64,000 nucleotides of DNA from an uncultured Candidatus Saccharimonadales bacterium (GCA_964609585.1 CAZSRA010000004.1:27417-91416); one strand, 5' to 3'; numbered from the stretch's first letter, positions 1-9,870 are shown. Numbers and translations are program-made. Notes: generated by a model from the sequence alone, not told the origin.

Positions 1-1
1 G

Positions 2-241
2 GCCGCGACACACCAGCTTTTGAAGGAGCACGTGAACCAGGTGTTGGCACTTTTGACGCCGCGCGAACAGAAGATTTTGCGCATGCGGTTTGGTCTGGAA
101 GACGGGCGCTCGCACACACTTGAAGAAGTAGGCCAGGAGTTTGGCGTGACGCGCGAGCGAATTCGCCAGATTGAGGCGAAGGCTTTGGCGAAGCTGCGGA
201 AACACCGTGAGAGTAAGAAGTTGCGAGATTATTTGCGGTAG
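2..241 (+). CDS. rpoD: RNA polymerase sigma-70 family factor, C-terminal fragment (gene starts upstream of window)
   Basis: ORF open at window start; region 4.2 HTH motif [28 protein letters not shown]. Confidence 0.65.
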   Translation, partial: AATHQLLKEHVNQVLALLTPREQKILRMRFGLEDGRSHTLEEVGQEFGVTRERIRQIEAKALAKLRKHRESKKLRDYLR

Positions 242-285
242 TTTGTGCAAGGTGAGATGGGGTTCAATCGGGTATACTGAAAAAC

Positions 286-3078
286 ATGAAGAAGCCTATT
301 TTAGTCTTGGTTGATGGTTCGGCGGTGTTTCACCGCGGGTATCACGCGCTGCCGCCGCTTTCGACGCGGGAGGGGATTCCGACGAACGCGGTGCTGGGTT
401 TTGCCAACATTATCTTTAAGGTAATGGAGTCGCTGAAGCCGACATACGTAGTGGTGGCGTGGGATAAATCGAGCAAGACGTTTCGCAAGGAAATGTATGC
501 TGAGTATAAGGCGACGCGCACAAAGCAGCCGGATGATCTCTATGCGCAGATTCCGCACACGCGCGAGCTGGTGGAGGCGCTGAATTTGCCGTGGGTGGAG
601 CTGGAAAACTACGAGGCGGATGACATTATTGGGACGTTTGCACGGCAGGCAGAAGAGCGTGGCGACGTGGATATTGTGATCGCCACGGGCGATAAAGATC
701 AGCTACAGTTGATTGATAAAAGCACAGTGGTGGACATGTTTAATCCGCGGGGACTTGAGCCGACGCGGTACGACCTCGCCAAAATGCAGGAGCGGTACGG
801 GCTGACGCCGACGCAATTTATTGATTATAAGGCGCTGGTGGGGGATACGAGCGATAATATTCCGGGTGTGAAGGGGATTGGCGATAAGGGGGCGATTAAG
901 CTGCTGGCGGAGTATGGGTCGCTGGACGGGATTTATGAGCACGTAGACGAGATTAAGGGCAGTGTGGGTGAGAAACTGCGGGCCGAGAAGGATATGGCTT
1001 ATTTGAGCCATAAACTGAGCGTGATTGTGTGCGACGCGCCGGTGACATTGGATCTAGAGGCGGCGAAATTGCGACCGCACGATTATGGGCATTTGAAGGA
1101 GCTGTTTCGGAAGCTGGAATTTCGGAGCTTGATGGCGAAATTGCCGGTGCTGGAGGCTGTAGAGTCGGGGAAGGCGCCGGGTGGGGCGGCTTCGGCCACG
1201 GGGACATTGAGCTTGTTTGGCGAAGACACGGGCGAGTCGGCCAAAAAAGACCGCGAGCATCTGAAAACGGCGAAGTACTACACGGTGGAGACGACGGAGG
1301 CGCTGGAGAAGCTGGCACGGGAGTTGGAGCAGCAGGAGGTGTTTGCGTTTGATACGGAGACGACGGGCGTGGACACGTTGGCGGCGGATTTGGTGGGGAT
1401 TTCTGTGGCTTTTCGTGAGGGCGAAGCGTACTACATTCCCGTGGGGCATACGCAGGGTACGCAGCTCAAGCATGATGAGGTGCTGGCGCGGCTGAAGCCG
1501 ATTTGGGAGAATCCGAAGATTGGCAAGGTGGGGCACAACCTTAAATTTGACTACGAGATGCTGCGTAAATATGGGGTGAAAACGGCCAATATTGCGTTTG
1601 ATACGATGATTGCGGGCTTTTTGCTGAACTCAGCTGGCCGGTCGCAGTCGCTCGACGATATGGCATACGCGGAGCTGGGGATCGAGATGATTCCGATTTC
1701 GGAGATGATTGGCGCGGATAAAAAGTCGCAGGTGACGTTTGATACGACGTTGATTGAGGATGCCACGACCTATGCGGCGGAGGATGCCGATATGAGCTGG
1801 CGGCTGTATGTAAAGCTGCGGGAGCGGTTGCATCAGAATTCGAAGCTCAATGAGTATGGCTGGAGTATGGAGCGGCTGGCTACGGAGGTGGAGTGGCCGA
1901 TTGTGGGGATTTTGGCTGAGATGGAGCTCAAAGGTATTGAGCTGGACGTGCCGTTTCTCGCGGCCTTTGGGAAGCGATTGAGTGAGCGGATTGGGGAGCT
2001 CAAGGGCAAAATTTATGATCTGGCCGGCGAGGAGTTTAACCTTGGTTCGCCGGCGCAGATGGGACAGATTTTGTATGGTCGATTGGGGCTGACGGCGATT
2101 GGCATTAAGAAGGGTAAAACGGGTCTGAGTACGGCGGCGGCAGAGCTGGAAAAGATGAAGGATGCGCATCCGATTGTGCCGCTCATTATGGAATTTCGGG
2201 AAATGGATAAGCTCATGAGCACGTATGTGCTAGCGTTGCCGGACCAGGTGGCGGCGGACGGGCGGGTGCATACGAACTTTTCGCAGGCGATCGTGCCGAG
2301 TGGGCGGCTGAGCTCAAATAACCCGAATTTACAGAATATTCCGGTGCGTACGGAGCTTGGTCGGGAGATCCGGACCGCATTTGTGGCGCCGAAGGGCAGG
2401 GTGCTTGTAAGCGCGGATTATTCGCAGATTGAGCTGCGAGTGGCGGCAGCGATGGCTGGTGACGAGGACATGATGCAGACGTTTCGCGACGGGCTGGATC
2501 TCCACCAGCAGACGGCGGCGGAATTGTATGATGTGCCACTTGAGGAGGTGACGAAGGAGATGCGCAGTGCGTCGAAGACGATTAACTTTGGCGTGCTGTA
2601 TGGGATGAGTGCGCATGGCTTGAGTGTGGCCACGGGTATGGACCTGAAGCAGGCAAATGAATTTATTGAGCGATATTTTGAGGTGCGGCCGAAGCTGAAA
2701 GAGTTTATAGAAAAAACGAAGAAGATGGCGTATGACGAGCAGTATACGGCCACGATTTTTGATCGACGTCGGCCGTGCCCGGAGATTCGCACGAATAATT
2801 TTCATATAAAGCAGGCGGCGGAGCGGGTGGCGGTGAACGTGCCGATTCAAGGGACGGCGGCGGACATTTATAAACTGGCGATGATTGCACTGGTGAAGCG
2901 GCTGGATGATGATTGCCAGATGTTGCTGCAGATTCACGACGAGCTGATCGTGGAGGCGCCGGCGGAAAAAGGCGAGGCGGTGGCGGCGCTGATGAAAGAG
3001 GCTATGGAAGGCGTGATAGATCTGGGCGTGCCATTGGTGGTAGATACGGCTGTGGGGGTGAACTGGGGAGAATTATGA
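286..3078 (+). CDS. polA: DNA polymerase I (5'-3' exonuclease, 3'-5' exonuclease and polymerase domains)
   Basis: 930-aa ORF; polymerase motifs (DYSQIELR, QIHDELI). Confidence 0.95.
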   Translation: MKKPILVLVDGSAVFHRGYHALPPLSTREGIPTNAVLGFANIIFKVMESLKPTYVVVAWDKSSKTFRKEMYAEYKATRTKQPDDLYAQIPHTRELVEALNLPWVELENYEADDIIGTFARQAEERGDVDIVIATGDKDQLQLIDKSTVVDMFNPRGLEPTRYDLAKMQERYGLTPTQFIDYKALVGDTSDNIPGVKGIGDKGAIKLLAEYGSLDGIYEHVDEIKGSVGEKLRAEKDMAYLSHKLSVIVCDAPVTLDLEAAKLRPHDYGHLKELFRKLEFRSLMAKLPVLEAVESGKAPGGAASATGTLSLFGEDTGESAKKDREHLKTAKYYTVETTEALEKLARELEQQEVFAFDTETTGVDTLAADLVGISVAFREGEAYYIPVGHTQGTQLKHDEVLARLKPIWENPKIGKVGHNLKFDYEMLRKYGVKTANIAFDTMIAGFLLNSAGRSQSLDDMAYAELGIEMIPISEMIGADKKSQVTFDTTLIEDATTYAAEDADMSWRLYVKLRERLHQNSKLNEYGWSMERLATEVEWPIVGILAEMELKGIELDVPFLAAFGKRLSERIGELKGKIYDLAGEEFNLGSPAQMGQILYGRLGLTAIGIKKGKTGLSTAAAELEKMKDAHPIVPLIMEFREMDKLMSTYVLALPDQVAADGRVHTNFSQAIVPSGRLSSNNPNLQNIPVRTELGREIRTAFVAPKGRVLVSADYSQIELRVAAAMAGDEDMMQTFRDGLDLHQQTAAELYDVPLEEVTKEMRSASKTINFGVLYGMSAHGLSVATGMDLKQANEFIERYFEVRPKLKEFIEKTKKMAYDEQYTATIFDRRRPCPEIRTNNFHIKQAAERVAVNVPIQGTAADIYKLAMIALVKRLDDDCQMLLQIHDELIVEAPAEKGEAVAALMKEAMEGVIDLGVPLVVDTAVGVNWGEL

Positions 3079-3563
3079 GCGGGACAGCATCGGCGCAGGA
3101 CCAGCTTCTGCCCGCAACTTGTGAGGCTATTGTGGCGGCGGTGCAGGCAGTGGTGGCGGCTGAGCCGATGAAAAATATACAGGCGGTCGTATTGCCGAAT
3201 GGTACGGCCGTAGGCCAACAACTGGTGATTGATGCTACAGGGAAGGACGGCCGAGTAAATCGGTGTCGGTTGTCGATGTTGAATCCAGATATGGCGCCAG
3301 CGAGAGAAGTGGTGAGGATGGAATTTGAACACGATAAGGACGGTAAATTTGGTGTGCACCGGGTGTACTCAGTGCAAAGCGTGCGGCGGGTCAATTTGGA
3401 TTTAGTGCTACTTGAGAACTTTATGGCAGATAGCCCGGAGACAGTACGCGAGGAAGATTTTCGGCCGATTTTATCCGAGGCATATGTGCGAAAGACTGTT
3501 TTGAAGGCAGTGGAAGATTGGAGTAACTACCGGGCGTGGCAGCGCCAGCAAGGCGGGAAATAA
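3075..3563 (+). CDS. hypothetical protein (163 aa), translationally coupled between polA and fpg
   Basis: ATG overlaps polA stop (ATGA); stop overlaps fpg start (TAATG); no recognisable motif. Confidence 0.45.
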   Translation: MSGTASAQDQLLPATCEAIVAAVQAVVAAEPMKNIQAVVLPNGTAVGQQLVIDATGKDGRVNRCRLSMLNPDMAPAREVVRMEFEHDKDGKFGVHRVYSVQSVRRVNLDLVLLENFMADSPETVREEDFRPILSEAYVRKTVLKAVEDWSNYRAWQRQQGGK

Positions 3564-4435
3564 TGCCGGAAGGTCCGGAAGTAGAGACGATTCGAAGGGG
3601 GCTGGAAGAGCAGATTGTGGGCCAGGGGGTAGCTGGGGTTCGCGTTTTGTGGGAAAAGAGCTTTCAGGCGAGCACAGATGAGATTTCGAAGCTGGTGGTC
3701 GGGGCTCGTATAGCTCGGGTTCTGCGGCGTGCGAAGGTGCTTATTATTGAGCTGGATAATGAGTTTTCTTTGCTGTTTCATTTGAAGATGACGGGACAAA
3801 TGGTAATGGTGAAGGCGGACGGGGAACGATACGCAGGTGGGCATCCAAGCGATAGTATGGCTCTGGCGCTACCGGACAAAAGTACGCGTGTGGTGTTTGA
3901 ATTTGATTCGGGCGACAAGCTATATTTTAATGATCAGCGCAAGTTTGGCTGGGTGAAGCTGGTGCGCTCGGATGAGGTGGGTCTTGATGCATTGATTGCG
4001 AGACTAGGGCCGGAGGCATTGTCGGCGGAGTTTAGTGTGGAGTATTTGGCGGGGCAGCTGGCGCGACACGCGAAAGCGCCAGTGAAGGCGGTGATTTTGG
4101 ACCAGTCAACGCTCGGTGGAGTAGGTAATATTTACGCCGATGAATCGTTGCATTTGGCCAGGATTCATCCAGCTAGGCAGGCTGGAATTTTGACGCCGGA
4201 GGAAGTGAAGCGGCTTTGGAGCGCGGTGCGGGATATAATAGCGGCGGGAATTGAGCATGGCGGGACAAGTTTTGCGCATTATGTGAATTCGTTGGGCGGT
4301 AAGGGTGATTATTTGACCCAGGCGAGAGTGTTTCGACGCGAAGGCCAGCCGTGCCAAGTGTGCGGGACGACGATCGAGAAGATTCGAGTGGCGGGGCGGG
4401 GTACGCATATTTGCCCGAAGTGCCAGGTCTTATGA
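3563..4435 (+). CDS. mutM: formamidopyrimidine-DNA glycosylase (Fpg/MutM)
   Basis: N-terminal MPEGPEVE catalytic Pro2/Glu3; C-terminal zinc finger CxxC...CxxC. Confidence 0.9.
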   Translation: MPEGPEVETIRRGLEEQIVGQGVAGVRVLWEKSFQASTDEISKLVVGARIARVLRRAKVLIIELDNEFSLLFHLKMTGQMVMVKADGERYAGGHPSDSMALALPDKSTRVVFEFDSGDKLYFNDQRKFGWVKLVRSDEVGLDALIARLGPEALSAEFSVEYLAGQLARHAKAPVKAVILDQSTLGGVGNIYADESLHLARIHPARQAGILTPEEVKRLWSAVRDIIAAGIEHGGTSFAHYVNSLGGKGDYLTQARVFRREGQPCQVCGTTIEKIRVAGRGTHICPKCQVL

Positions 4436-5370
4436 CGATATTTTTTTACGGACCAAATACCTTTGAACTTCGCCGTCAGCTGCAAGAAATGATGACAACG
4501 TATGTAAAAAAGGCGGGGTCGGATTTTGGTTTGGAGAGAGTTGATGGGGGTAGTGTGCGTTCCCATGAGCTTCGGGCTGCGTTGCAGGCAGTACCGTTTT
4601 TGGCAAATTCGAGGCTCGTGATCGTGGAGGGGCTGGCGCTGAATAAGGGAGTTTCGGATAAGCTTGAAGCGATTATGGCTGAGGTACCGGTATCCACAGT
4701 GGTAGTGTTCGTGGACCGGGAAGTAGACCAGCGTACGAGTGTTTTTAAACAACTGGCTAAGGCGGATAAGGTGGTGAAATTTGAGCCACTGTCGGGGCCA
4801 AAGCTTTTAAGCTGGGTGAAGGCAGAGATTGAGAAATTGGGTGGCGCAGCAGCGCCGCTTACCGTGCGGGAACTGGTAGAGGTGGCTGGTGAGGATCAGT
4901 GGCGGCTTTCGGGCGAGATTAATAAGCTGGTGAATTTTAACCCTGAAGTGACCATAGAAGTGGTGCGAGAAATGGTAACACCGAGCGTAGAGCAATCGAT
5001 TTTTGAGCTTGTTGAGGCTATGACAGCTGGACGGGCGGATGTGGCTCTGGCAGGATATCATCGTTTGCTTGTTCGTAGGGAGAGTGAGATTTATATTTTG
5101 ACCATGGTGCAGTGGCAATTGCGAAATTTGCTTTTGGCGAAAGCAGCGCCCGGGAATATGAGTCCGCCGGAGCTTGCAAAAGCGGCTGGGATGAGTCCAT
5201 ATGTGGCCGGGAAGATGGCGACTGCTCAGGGTCGATTGCACGAGGAGGTTCTAACAGAAGCTTATGCAGCGGCGGCGGACTGCGAGTACGACATCAAGAC
5301 CGGTAGACTTAAAGCGGAAGTGGCGGTGGAGCAATTGATTTATCGTGTAGGGATGATGGCGAAGGTTTAA
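4432..5370 (+). CDS. holA: DNA polymerase III delta subunit
   Basis: ATGA overlap with fpg stop; ~312-aa protein consistent with the HolA delta-subunit family. Confidence 0.75.
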   Translation: MTIFFYGPNTFELRRQLQEMMTTYVKKAGSDFGLERVDGGSVRSHELRAALQAVPFLANSRLVIVEGLALNKGVSDKLEAIMAEVPVSTVVVFVDREVDQRTSVFKQLAKADKVVKFEPLSGPKLLSWVKAEIEKLGGAAAPLTVRELVEVAGEDQWRLSGEINKLVNFNPEVTIEVVREMVTPSVEQSIFELVEAMTAGRADVALAGYHRLLVRRESEIYILTMVQWQLRNLLLAKAAPGNMSPPELAKAAGMSPYVAGKMATAQGRLHEEVLTEAYAAAADCEYDIKTGRLKAEVAVEQLIYRVGMMAKV

Positions 5371-5579
5371 TAGCCGGCTTCGTAGTCGGCTTGTTTGATG
5401 TCTTCAAGTAGTGTCTCCATATCGCTAAGGAGTGTGGTGAGTTCTTGGAGCTCGCCTTTGGCTAGCCATGCATTGCCGGGCGTGGTGGCAAAGTCTCGCA
5501 GGTTGGCGGTGCGCGTGACGATGTCTTCGGCTAGTTCGAGAAGATGGGCGCGCAAAGGGTCGGATGGAGTTTTTGCCAT
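5367..5579 (-). CDS. small acidic hypothetical protein (70 aa)
   Basis: intergenic ORF downstream of EEP gene on same strand; no SD; speculative. Confidence 0.25.
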   Translation of the reverse strand: MAKTPSDPLRAHLLELAEDIVTRTANLRDFATTPGNAWLAKGELQELTTLLSDMETLLEDIKQADYEAGY

Positions 5580-5611
5580 GGGCTTAGTATATCAGTTCGG
5601 GTGGTTTGTGA

Positions 5612-6379
5612 TCAGCAATCGATTCTGGCAATAACGGCTTTGTGGTCGGAAACGAGCTGGTCATTTACTTCAATATGGCGAACCTTGAGATTGGGACTGG
5701 CAAAGAGGTAGTCGCAAATAATGCCCTGAACGTAGTGTGCGCTCGACAGTGTAGTGGTGGCTCCGGTGGCTGAGACGAGGTTGTACAAATCGGTGGTTTG
5801 CTGGAAAGCCTGAATGGCAGGACTGCCTGGCGAAAGGTTGAAGTCGCCACCAACGATGACGGGGCCTTCCAGGGCTTTGATATAGCTTGCAACTTCTTGG
5901 AGGCGTTCGGCTGAGGCTTCGTTGCCGCGAGGTTGATTAACCCAATGTCCATGGTGGTTGATGAGATTTAAGGTAGTGCCGTGGCTTGTAATGCTGACAT
6001 GCTGGAAGTTGCGAGTGAGGTTGCTATCGAAGCTTTCAAGTGAGGCTGGATTATCAAGATGGAGCGGTCCAGGGCCACCGGTATAGTGAGTGGAGGTGTG
6101 ATTAAATCGGTGTTTTGAGAAAATAGCGTTTCCATAACTAAGCTGGTGGCCGAACACATTGAAACTACAGCAGGGAGAGAAAAACACATGGTTGAAGTGG
6201 TTTTGAGTGCTGATGAGCTCTAGAGTGCGGAATTGTTTCCAGGGTGAATAGGGGCTGATATGCTCCGGATAGGTAAAGACCTCCTGGGTGAAGATAACAT
6301 CAGGGTTTTCTTGGTCGATGAGTTTTAGCAGGGAGTTTAGCAGGTGGCCTTGCCAAACGTTTACTTGCATTATTTTCAT
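5612..6379 (-). CDS. endonuclease/exonuclease/phosphatase (EEP) family protein
   Basis: 255-aa ORF with EEP-fold motifs (N-terminal MQVNVW..., C-terminal SDHKAV). Confidence 0.75.
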   Translation of the reverse strand: MKIMQVNVWQGHLLNSLLKLIDQENPDVIFTQEVFTYPEHISPYSPWKQFRTLELISTQNHFNHVFFSPCCSFNVFGHQLSYGNAIFSKHRFNHTSTHYTGGPGPLHLDNPASLESFDSNLTRNFQHVSITSHGTTLNLINHHGHWVNQPRGNEASAERLQEVASYIKALEGPVIVGGDFNLSPGSPAIQAFQQTTDLYNLVSATGATTTLSSAHYVQGIICDYLFASPNLKVRHIEVNDQLVSDHKAVIARIDC

Positions 6380-6383
6380 AGGA

Positions 6384-7019
6384 TCACACTGGTCCTATGG
6401 CTGACTTGGTGGCGGAGGCGGCAGTATAGGTTTTGGATTGCTTAAGCTTGCTGTAGTTGCCGAAGACTTCGGTGAGATGACGCTTCATGTAATCTTTGAG
6501 GCCGGAGATAGTAACGATATAGAGCCTGCCGCCGGGATTTAGGCTGGCATAGGCGTCGGCCAGGAAGATTTCAAGCAGCTCAGAGCCGATTTTGGCAGGG
6601 ACGTTAGAGACGATGAGGTCGAATTTTTGGCCCGCGGGTATGTCGCTGAGCCCATTTGAAAGGTAGGCTTGGGTGTTGGTGAGATGGTTGATTTGGGCAT
6701 TTTTGCGGGCGAAGTTTATGGCTACAAAGTCTTTGTCTATGAGATGAACGATGCCTGCCGGAGCAAGCTTGGCCAAAGCGAGGCCAAGCGGTCCGTAGCC
6801 GCAGCCTAAATCGAGAATATGGGCGTTTGGAGCGACTTCGATATGGTCGAGTAGGAGACGGGTTCCTTCATCGATTTGCTTGGGGCTAAAGAGCCCCCAC
6901 GTGGAATGAAAGGTGAGGTTTTGACCGCGAAGATTGGTTTGAAAGATGATATCGGCTTTGAGTTCTGGGATGGTCACGTATGACTCCATGACATAAAAAT
7001 GGGGCCTTGGTGGCCCCAT
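6384..7019 (-). CDS. class I SAM-dependent methyltransferase (RsmC/small-domain rRNA MTase-like)
   Basis: LDLGCGYGPLG SAM-binding motif, VSNVP motif. Confidence 0.75.
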   Translation of the reverse strand: MGPPRPHFYVMESYVTIPELKADIIFQTNLRGQNLTFHSTWGLFSPKQIDEGTRLLLDHIEVAPNAHILDLGCGYGPLGLALAKLAPAGIVHLIDKDFVAINFARKNAQINHLTNTQAYLSNGLSDIPAGQKFDLIVSNVPAKIGSELLEIFLADAYASLNPGGRLYIVTISGLKDYMKRHLTEVFGNYSKLKQSKTYTAASATKSAIGPV

Positions 7020-7029
7020 TTAGTTGAGA

Positions 7030-7506
7030 TTATTTCTCGGATTTTTCAGTGGTCTTTTTGGGGGTGGCTTTTTTGGCAACTGGTTTTTTGGCGGTTGTAG
7101 CTTTGGGGGTTGCCGCTTTTTTGGTGGCGGTTTTGGTGGTAGCAGCTTTCTTGCCGGCGCCTTTGGTGGTTTTGGTTTCGGCAGGAACGGTTTCAGTACC
7201 CGTAGCTTTAGCGACAGCATGAGCTAGCGCGCTTTTGCGGCGAGCGGCAGTATTTTTGTGCAACGTGTGCTTTTTAACGGCACGATCAATTTCGGAGTAT
7301 GCCTCGCTCAATTTTGTTTGAGTAAGTTTGGCGTCGCCGGTAGTGAGGGCATTGTGTAATGCCGTAATGTCTTGCTTGATAGCCCGCTTGACTTGCAGGT
7401 TGCGGCTACGACGAACGAGAGTCTGCTTTGCGCGCTTGATGGCTGATTTAATGATGGGCATGAAAGTTCCTAAAGTACCAAGGGAATATACTTGATTTTG
7501 AGGCAA
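7030..7506 (-). CDS. rpsT: 30S ribosomal protein S20 with ~65-aa Lys/Ala/Thr-rich C-terminal tail
   Basis: N-terminal ~90 aa S20 (MPIIKSAIKRAKQTLVRRSRN...); histone-H1-like KKAxT repeats at C-terminus. Confidence 0.85.
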   Translation of the reverse strand: MPQNQVYSLGTLGTFMPIIKSAIKRAKQTLVRRSRNLQVKRAIKQDITALHNALTTGDAKLTQTKLSEAYSEIDRAVKKHTLHKNTAARRKSALAHAVAKATGTETVPAETKTTKGAGKKAATTKTATKKAATPKATTAKKPVAKKATPKKTTEKSEK

Positions 7507-7587
7507 TTGTAAAGGTGGCTTTGGTCGAAGAGGATAGCCGTAAGCGGTTCTATTGACAAATAGCCTTAAATGAGGTAGATTATAGCA

Positions 7588-8850
7588 ATGGATTTAACTC
7601 CCAAACAGCAGACTTCTGAAGCGATTCGGCAAGCAGAATCGATCTTGATTCTGACGGGCCAACACCCTTCGGTTGACCAGGCGTCGGCCGTGGCAGCACT
7701 GGCGGCGATTTTGCGCAAGTTTGGTAAAAAGGTGAGTGCAGTGGTGAGCGATAACCCGCCAGCGGCGGTGCAATCGCTCGATCCGCATGCATTTGAGCGT
7801 GGGCTAGGTGGTTCGCGCGATTTTGTGCTGAAGGTGGATACCACGAAGGTCGAGGTTGATAAGCTCCGGTACGAGGCGGAAGGTGGCAAGCTCAATATCT
7901 ATTTGACGCCTTTTAAAGGTGGATTTGCTCCAAGTGATGTGACGTTTGGGTACGGCGCTTTTCATTATGATTTGGCGATCGTGCTTGGCGTGCCGACACG
8001 GGCGAGGATTGATCGGATTTATGAGCAGAACTTGGCTTCATTTGAGACGATTCCGATGGTGAATTTGGACTTTCACCGGTCGAATGAGAATTATGGCGCG
8101 GTGAATTTGATTGAGCCGAGTGCGTCGAGTTTGTGCGAGATGCTAGTAGCTTTGAGCGAGAGCTTGCAGAGCGGGATTATTGACGCGGAAATTGCGACGG
8201 CACTTTTGATGGGGATTGTGGCTTCGACAGACCGGTTTACCGCGACGCACACAAGCCCGAAGAGCCTAACGGTAGCGGCGCAGATGATGGCGGCAGGAGC
8301 TAGGCAACAAACCGTGGTACGGGCATTGTACCGCGAGGGTAAGGGAGAGTCGCGAGGGGAGCGTGGTGGCGACCGTGAACGTGGCGGGGAGCGTTCAGGC
8401 GACCGTGAACGTAGCGGTCAGGGTCAGCGTAATGCGGCGGCTCAGTCGCCTGTGGTACCGGCTCCGACGTCTGCTGCGGTCCGCGAACCGGCTGCTCAGC
8501 CTACCCCTGTGGTCCAGCCGACTCCTGCGGCTCCTGCTCCTGTTTCTGTGCCTGAACCGCCAGTAGTTGCGCCTGCGCCAGCTGCTGCGCCTGAGATGTC
8601 GACGCCTGCGACCTCGGTAGAGACTGCTCAGCCTGTGGCTCAAGAGCAAACGCGGCTCATGCAAGACGACGGTGCCATTATTCAGCCAGCTCATATAGAA
8701 ATGAGCGTACCAGAAGCAGTCCAGCCAGCTCAGATGGCGGCACCTCAGCCGCAGCTTGCCCCGGAGCGGCCCCAGGCTATGCCGGTAGCGGATTTTGCTG
8801 CGGCAGCCGAGATGTTTAATCGAGAACCGGTTGCAGACGACGCAAAATAG
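7588..8850 (+). CDS. DHH/DHHA1 family phosphoesterase (NrnA-like nanoRNase/pAp phosphatase) with long low-complexity RG/Pro-rich C-terminal tail
   Basis: DHH/DHHA1 motifs in first ~260 aa; C-terminal ~150 aa disordered (ERGGDRERGG repeats, PAAPAP). Confidence 0.75.
   Translation: MDLTPKQQTSEAIRQAESILILTGQHPSVDQASAVAALAAILRKFGKKVSAVVSDNPPAAVQSLDPHAFERGLGGSRDFVLKVDTTKVEVDKLRYEAEGGKLNIYLTPFKGGFAPSDVTFGYGAFHYDLAIVLGVPTRARIDRIYEQNLASFETIPMVNLDFHRSNENYGAVNLIEPSASSLCEMLVALSESLQSGIIDAEIATALLMGIVASTDRFTATHTSPKSLTVAAQMMAAGARQQTVVRALYREGKGESRGERGGDRERGGERSGDRERSGQGQRNAAAQSPVVPAPTSAAVREPAAQPTPVVQPTPAAPAPVSVPEPPVVAPAPAAAPEMSTPATSVETAQPVAQEQTRLMQDDGAIIQPAHIEMSVPEAVQPAQMAAPQPQLAPERPQAMPVADFAAAAEMFNREPVADDAK
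8365..8424 (+). repeat. 2 x 30-bp imperfect tandem repeat inside DHH gene encoding ERGGDRERGG/ERSGDRERSG
   Basis: gagcgtggtggcgaccgtgaacgtggcggg / gagcgttcaggcgaccgtgaacgtagcggt read directly. Confidence 0.8.
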
Positions 8851-8872
8851 GCTGACTGGTGAGGCCATTTTT

Positions 8873-9538
8873 ATGAACGGTCTTTTGTTGGTGAATAAGC
8901 CGGTGGGTATGAGCTCATTTGACGTGATTCGGCGGCTGCGGCGGCAAACGGGGGTGCGTAAGATTGGGCATGCAGGCACCTTGGACCCACTCGCGAGTGG
9001 ACTCATGTTGATGTTGTTTGGGACGGCGTGCAAAAAAGCAGAGCTACTAACTAAATTTGATAAACGCTATGAAGCGAAGATTCGCCTGGGTGCTAATAGT
9101 ACAACCGGGGATGCGGAGGGGGAGAAACTGCTGGTGAGTGAGCGGGTACCGACACTGGGCGAGGTTGAAGCGGCGCTTGCTCGGCTCACGGGTGAGGTTA
9201 CGCAGGTGCCGAGTATGTATTCGGCCATTAAGATTAACGGCAAGGAAGCATATAAGCGAGCGCGAGCAGGTGAGGCTGTTGAGATGCCGAGTCGGGTAGT
9301 GACGGTGTATGAGAATGTGATGCAGAACTATGAATATCCGGTTATCAGGCTAAATTCGAAGGTATCGAGCGGGACGTATATTCGGAGTTTGGCTCAGGAT
9401 CTGGGCGAACTTTTGGGGACGGGGGCGTATTTGGACGGTTTGGTGCGGACGGAGGTGGGGGATTATCGACTGGAGAATGCGATGGAGTTGGACGGCGCGG
9501 ATGGTGAAAATGTGGAAAAAGCCTTGCTCGATGTGTGA
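8873..9538 (+). CDS. truB: tRNA pseudouridine(55) synthase (short form, no PUA domain)
   Basis: LLVNKPVGMSSFDVIRR...GHAGTLDPLASGLMLMLFG catalytic Asp motif. Confidence 0.9.
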   Translation: MNGLLLVNKPVGMSSFDVIRRLRRQTGVRKIGHAGTLDPLASGLMLMLFGTACKKAELLTKFDKRYEAKIRLGANSTTGDAEGEKLLVSERVPTLGEVEAALARLTGEVTQVPSMYSAIKINGKEAYKRARAGEAVEMPSRVVTVYENVMQNYEYPVIRLNSKVSSGTYIRSLAQDLGELLGTGAYLDGLVRTEVGDYRLENAMELDGADGENVEKALLDV

Positions 9539-9870
9539 TTTGGAGTATCCTCATTTGTGGTGCCCACAATACGTCTCTTGACTTTTATAAATTAATATAG
9601 TAAAATATATAACGATCGATTCACGATTGGGCTTGCCTTAGGCGAGAACAGCCGTGAGACGACCGCGCCCGCACGGAGCTCCAGTCCCCGCCAACCCGTG
9701 TGGCCGCCTTGTACCTGTCTTTTATGCATAACGTGAGTTCTTGGACTGAGGCCGCTCTGGTTGACTTCAGTGAACTTACTTGTACGTTAGTTCAAAGGTC
9801 GGCGAGAATCCTCTCGTTTGATCAAGCCCCTATCTTGAGCTAGTGCCACTAGTTTCGGGAAGGACGCACC

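Noticed and set aside
301-3394. Numerous antisense or out-of-frame ORFs inside polA (e.g. 1054..1536-, 1630..2169-, 2329..2937-, 2913..3563+ upstream extension)
   Set aside because: Arg/Pro/His-rich translations typical of shadow frames of a G3-biased gene. They are fully contained in polA, which has clear homology.
3536-3562. Upstream extension of fpg to 3536
   Set aside because: Fpg requires N-terminal Met-Pro-Glu. The ATG at 3563 gives MPEGPEVE and overlaps the upstream stop.
7024-7227. + strand Gly/Phe-rich ORF (67 aa) opposite rpsT tail
   Set aside because: Reverse-frame artefact of the Lys-rich (AAG/AAA) coding repeats.
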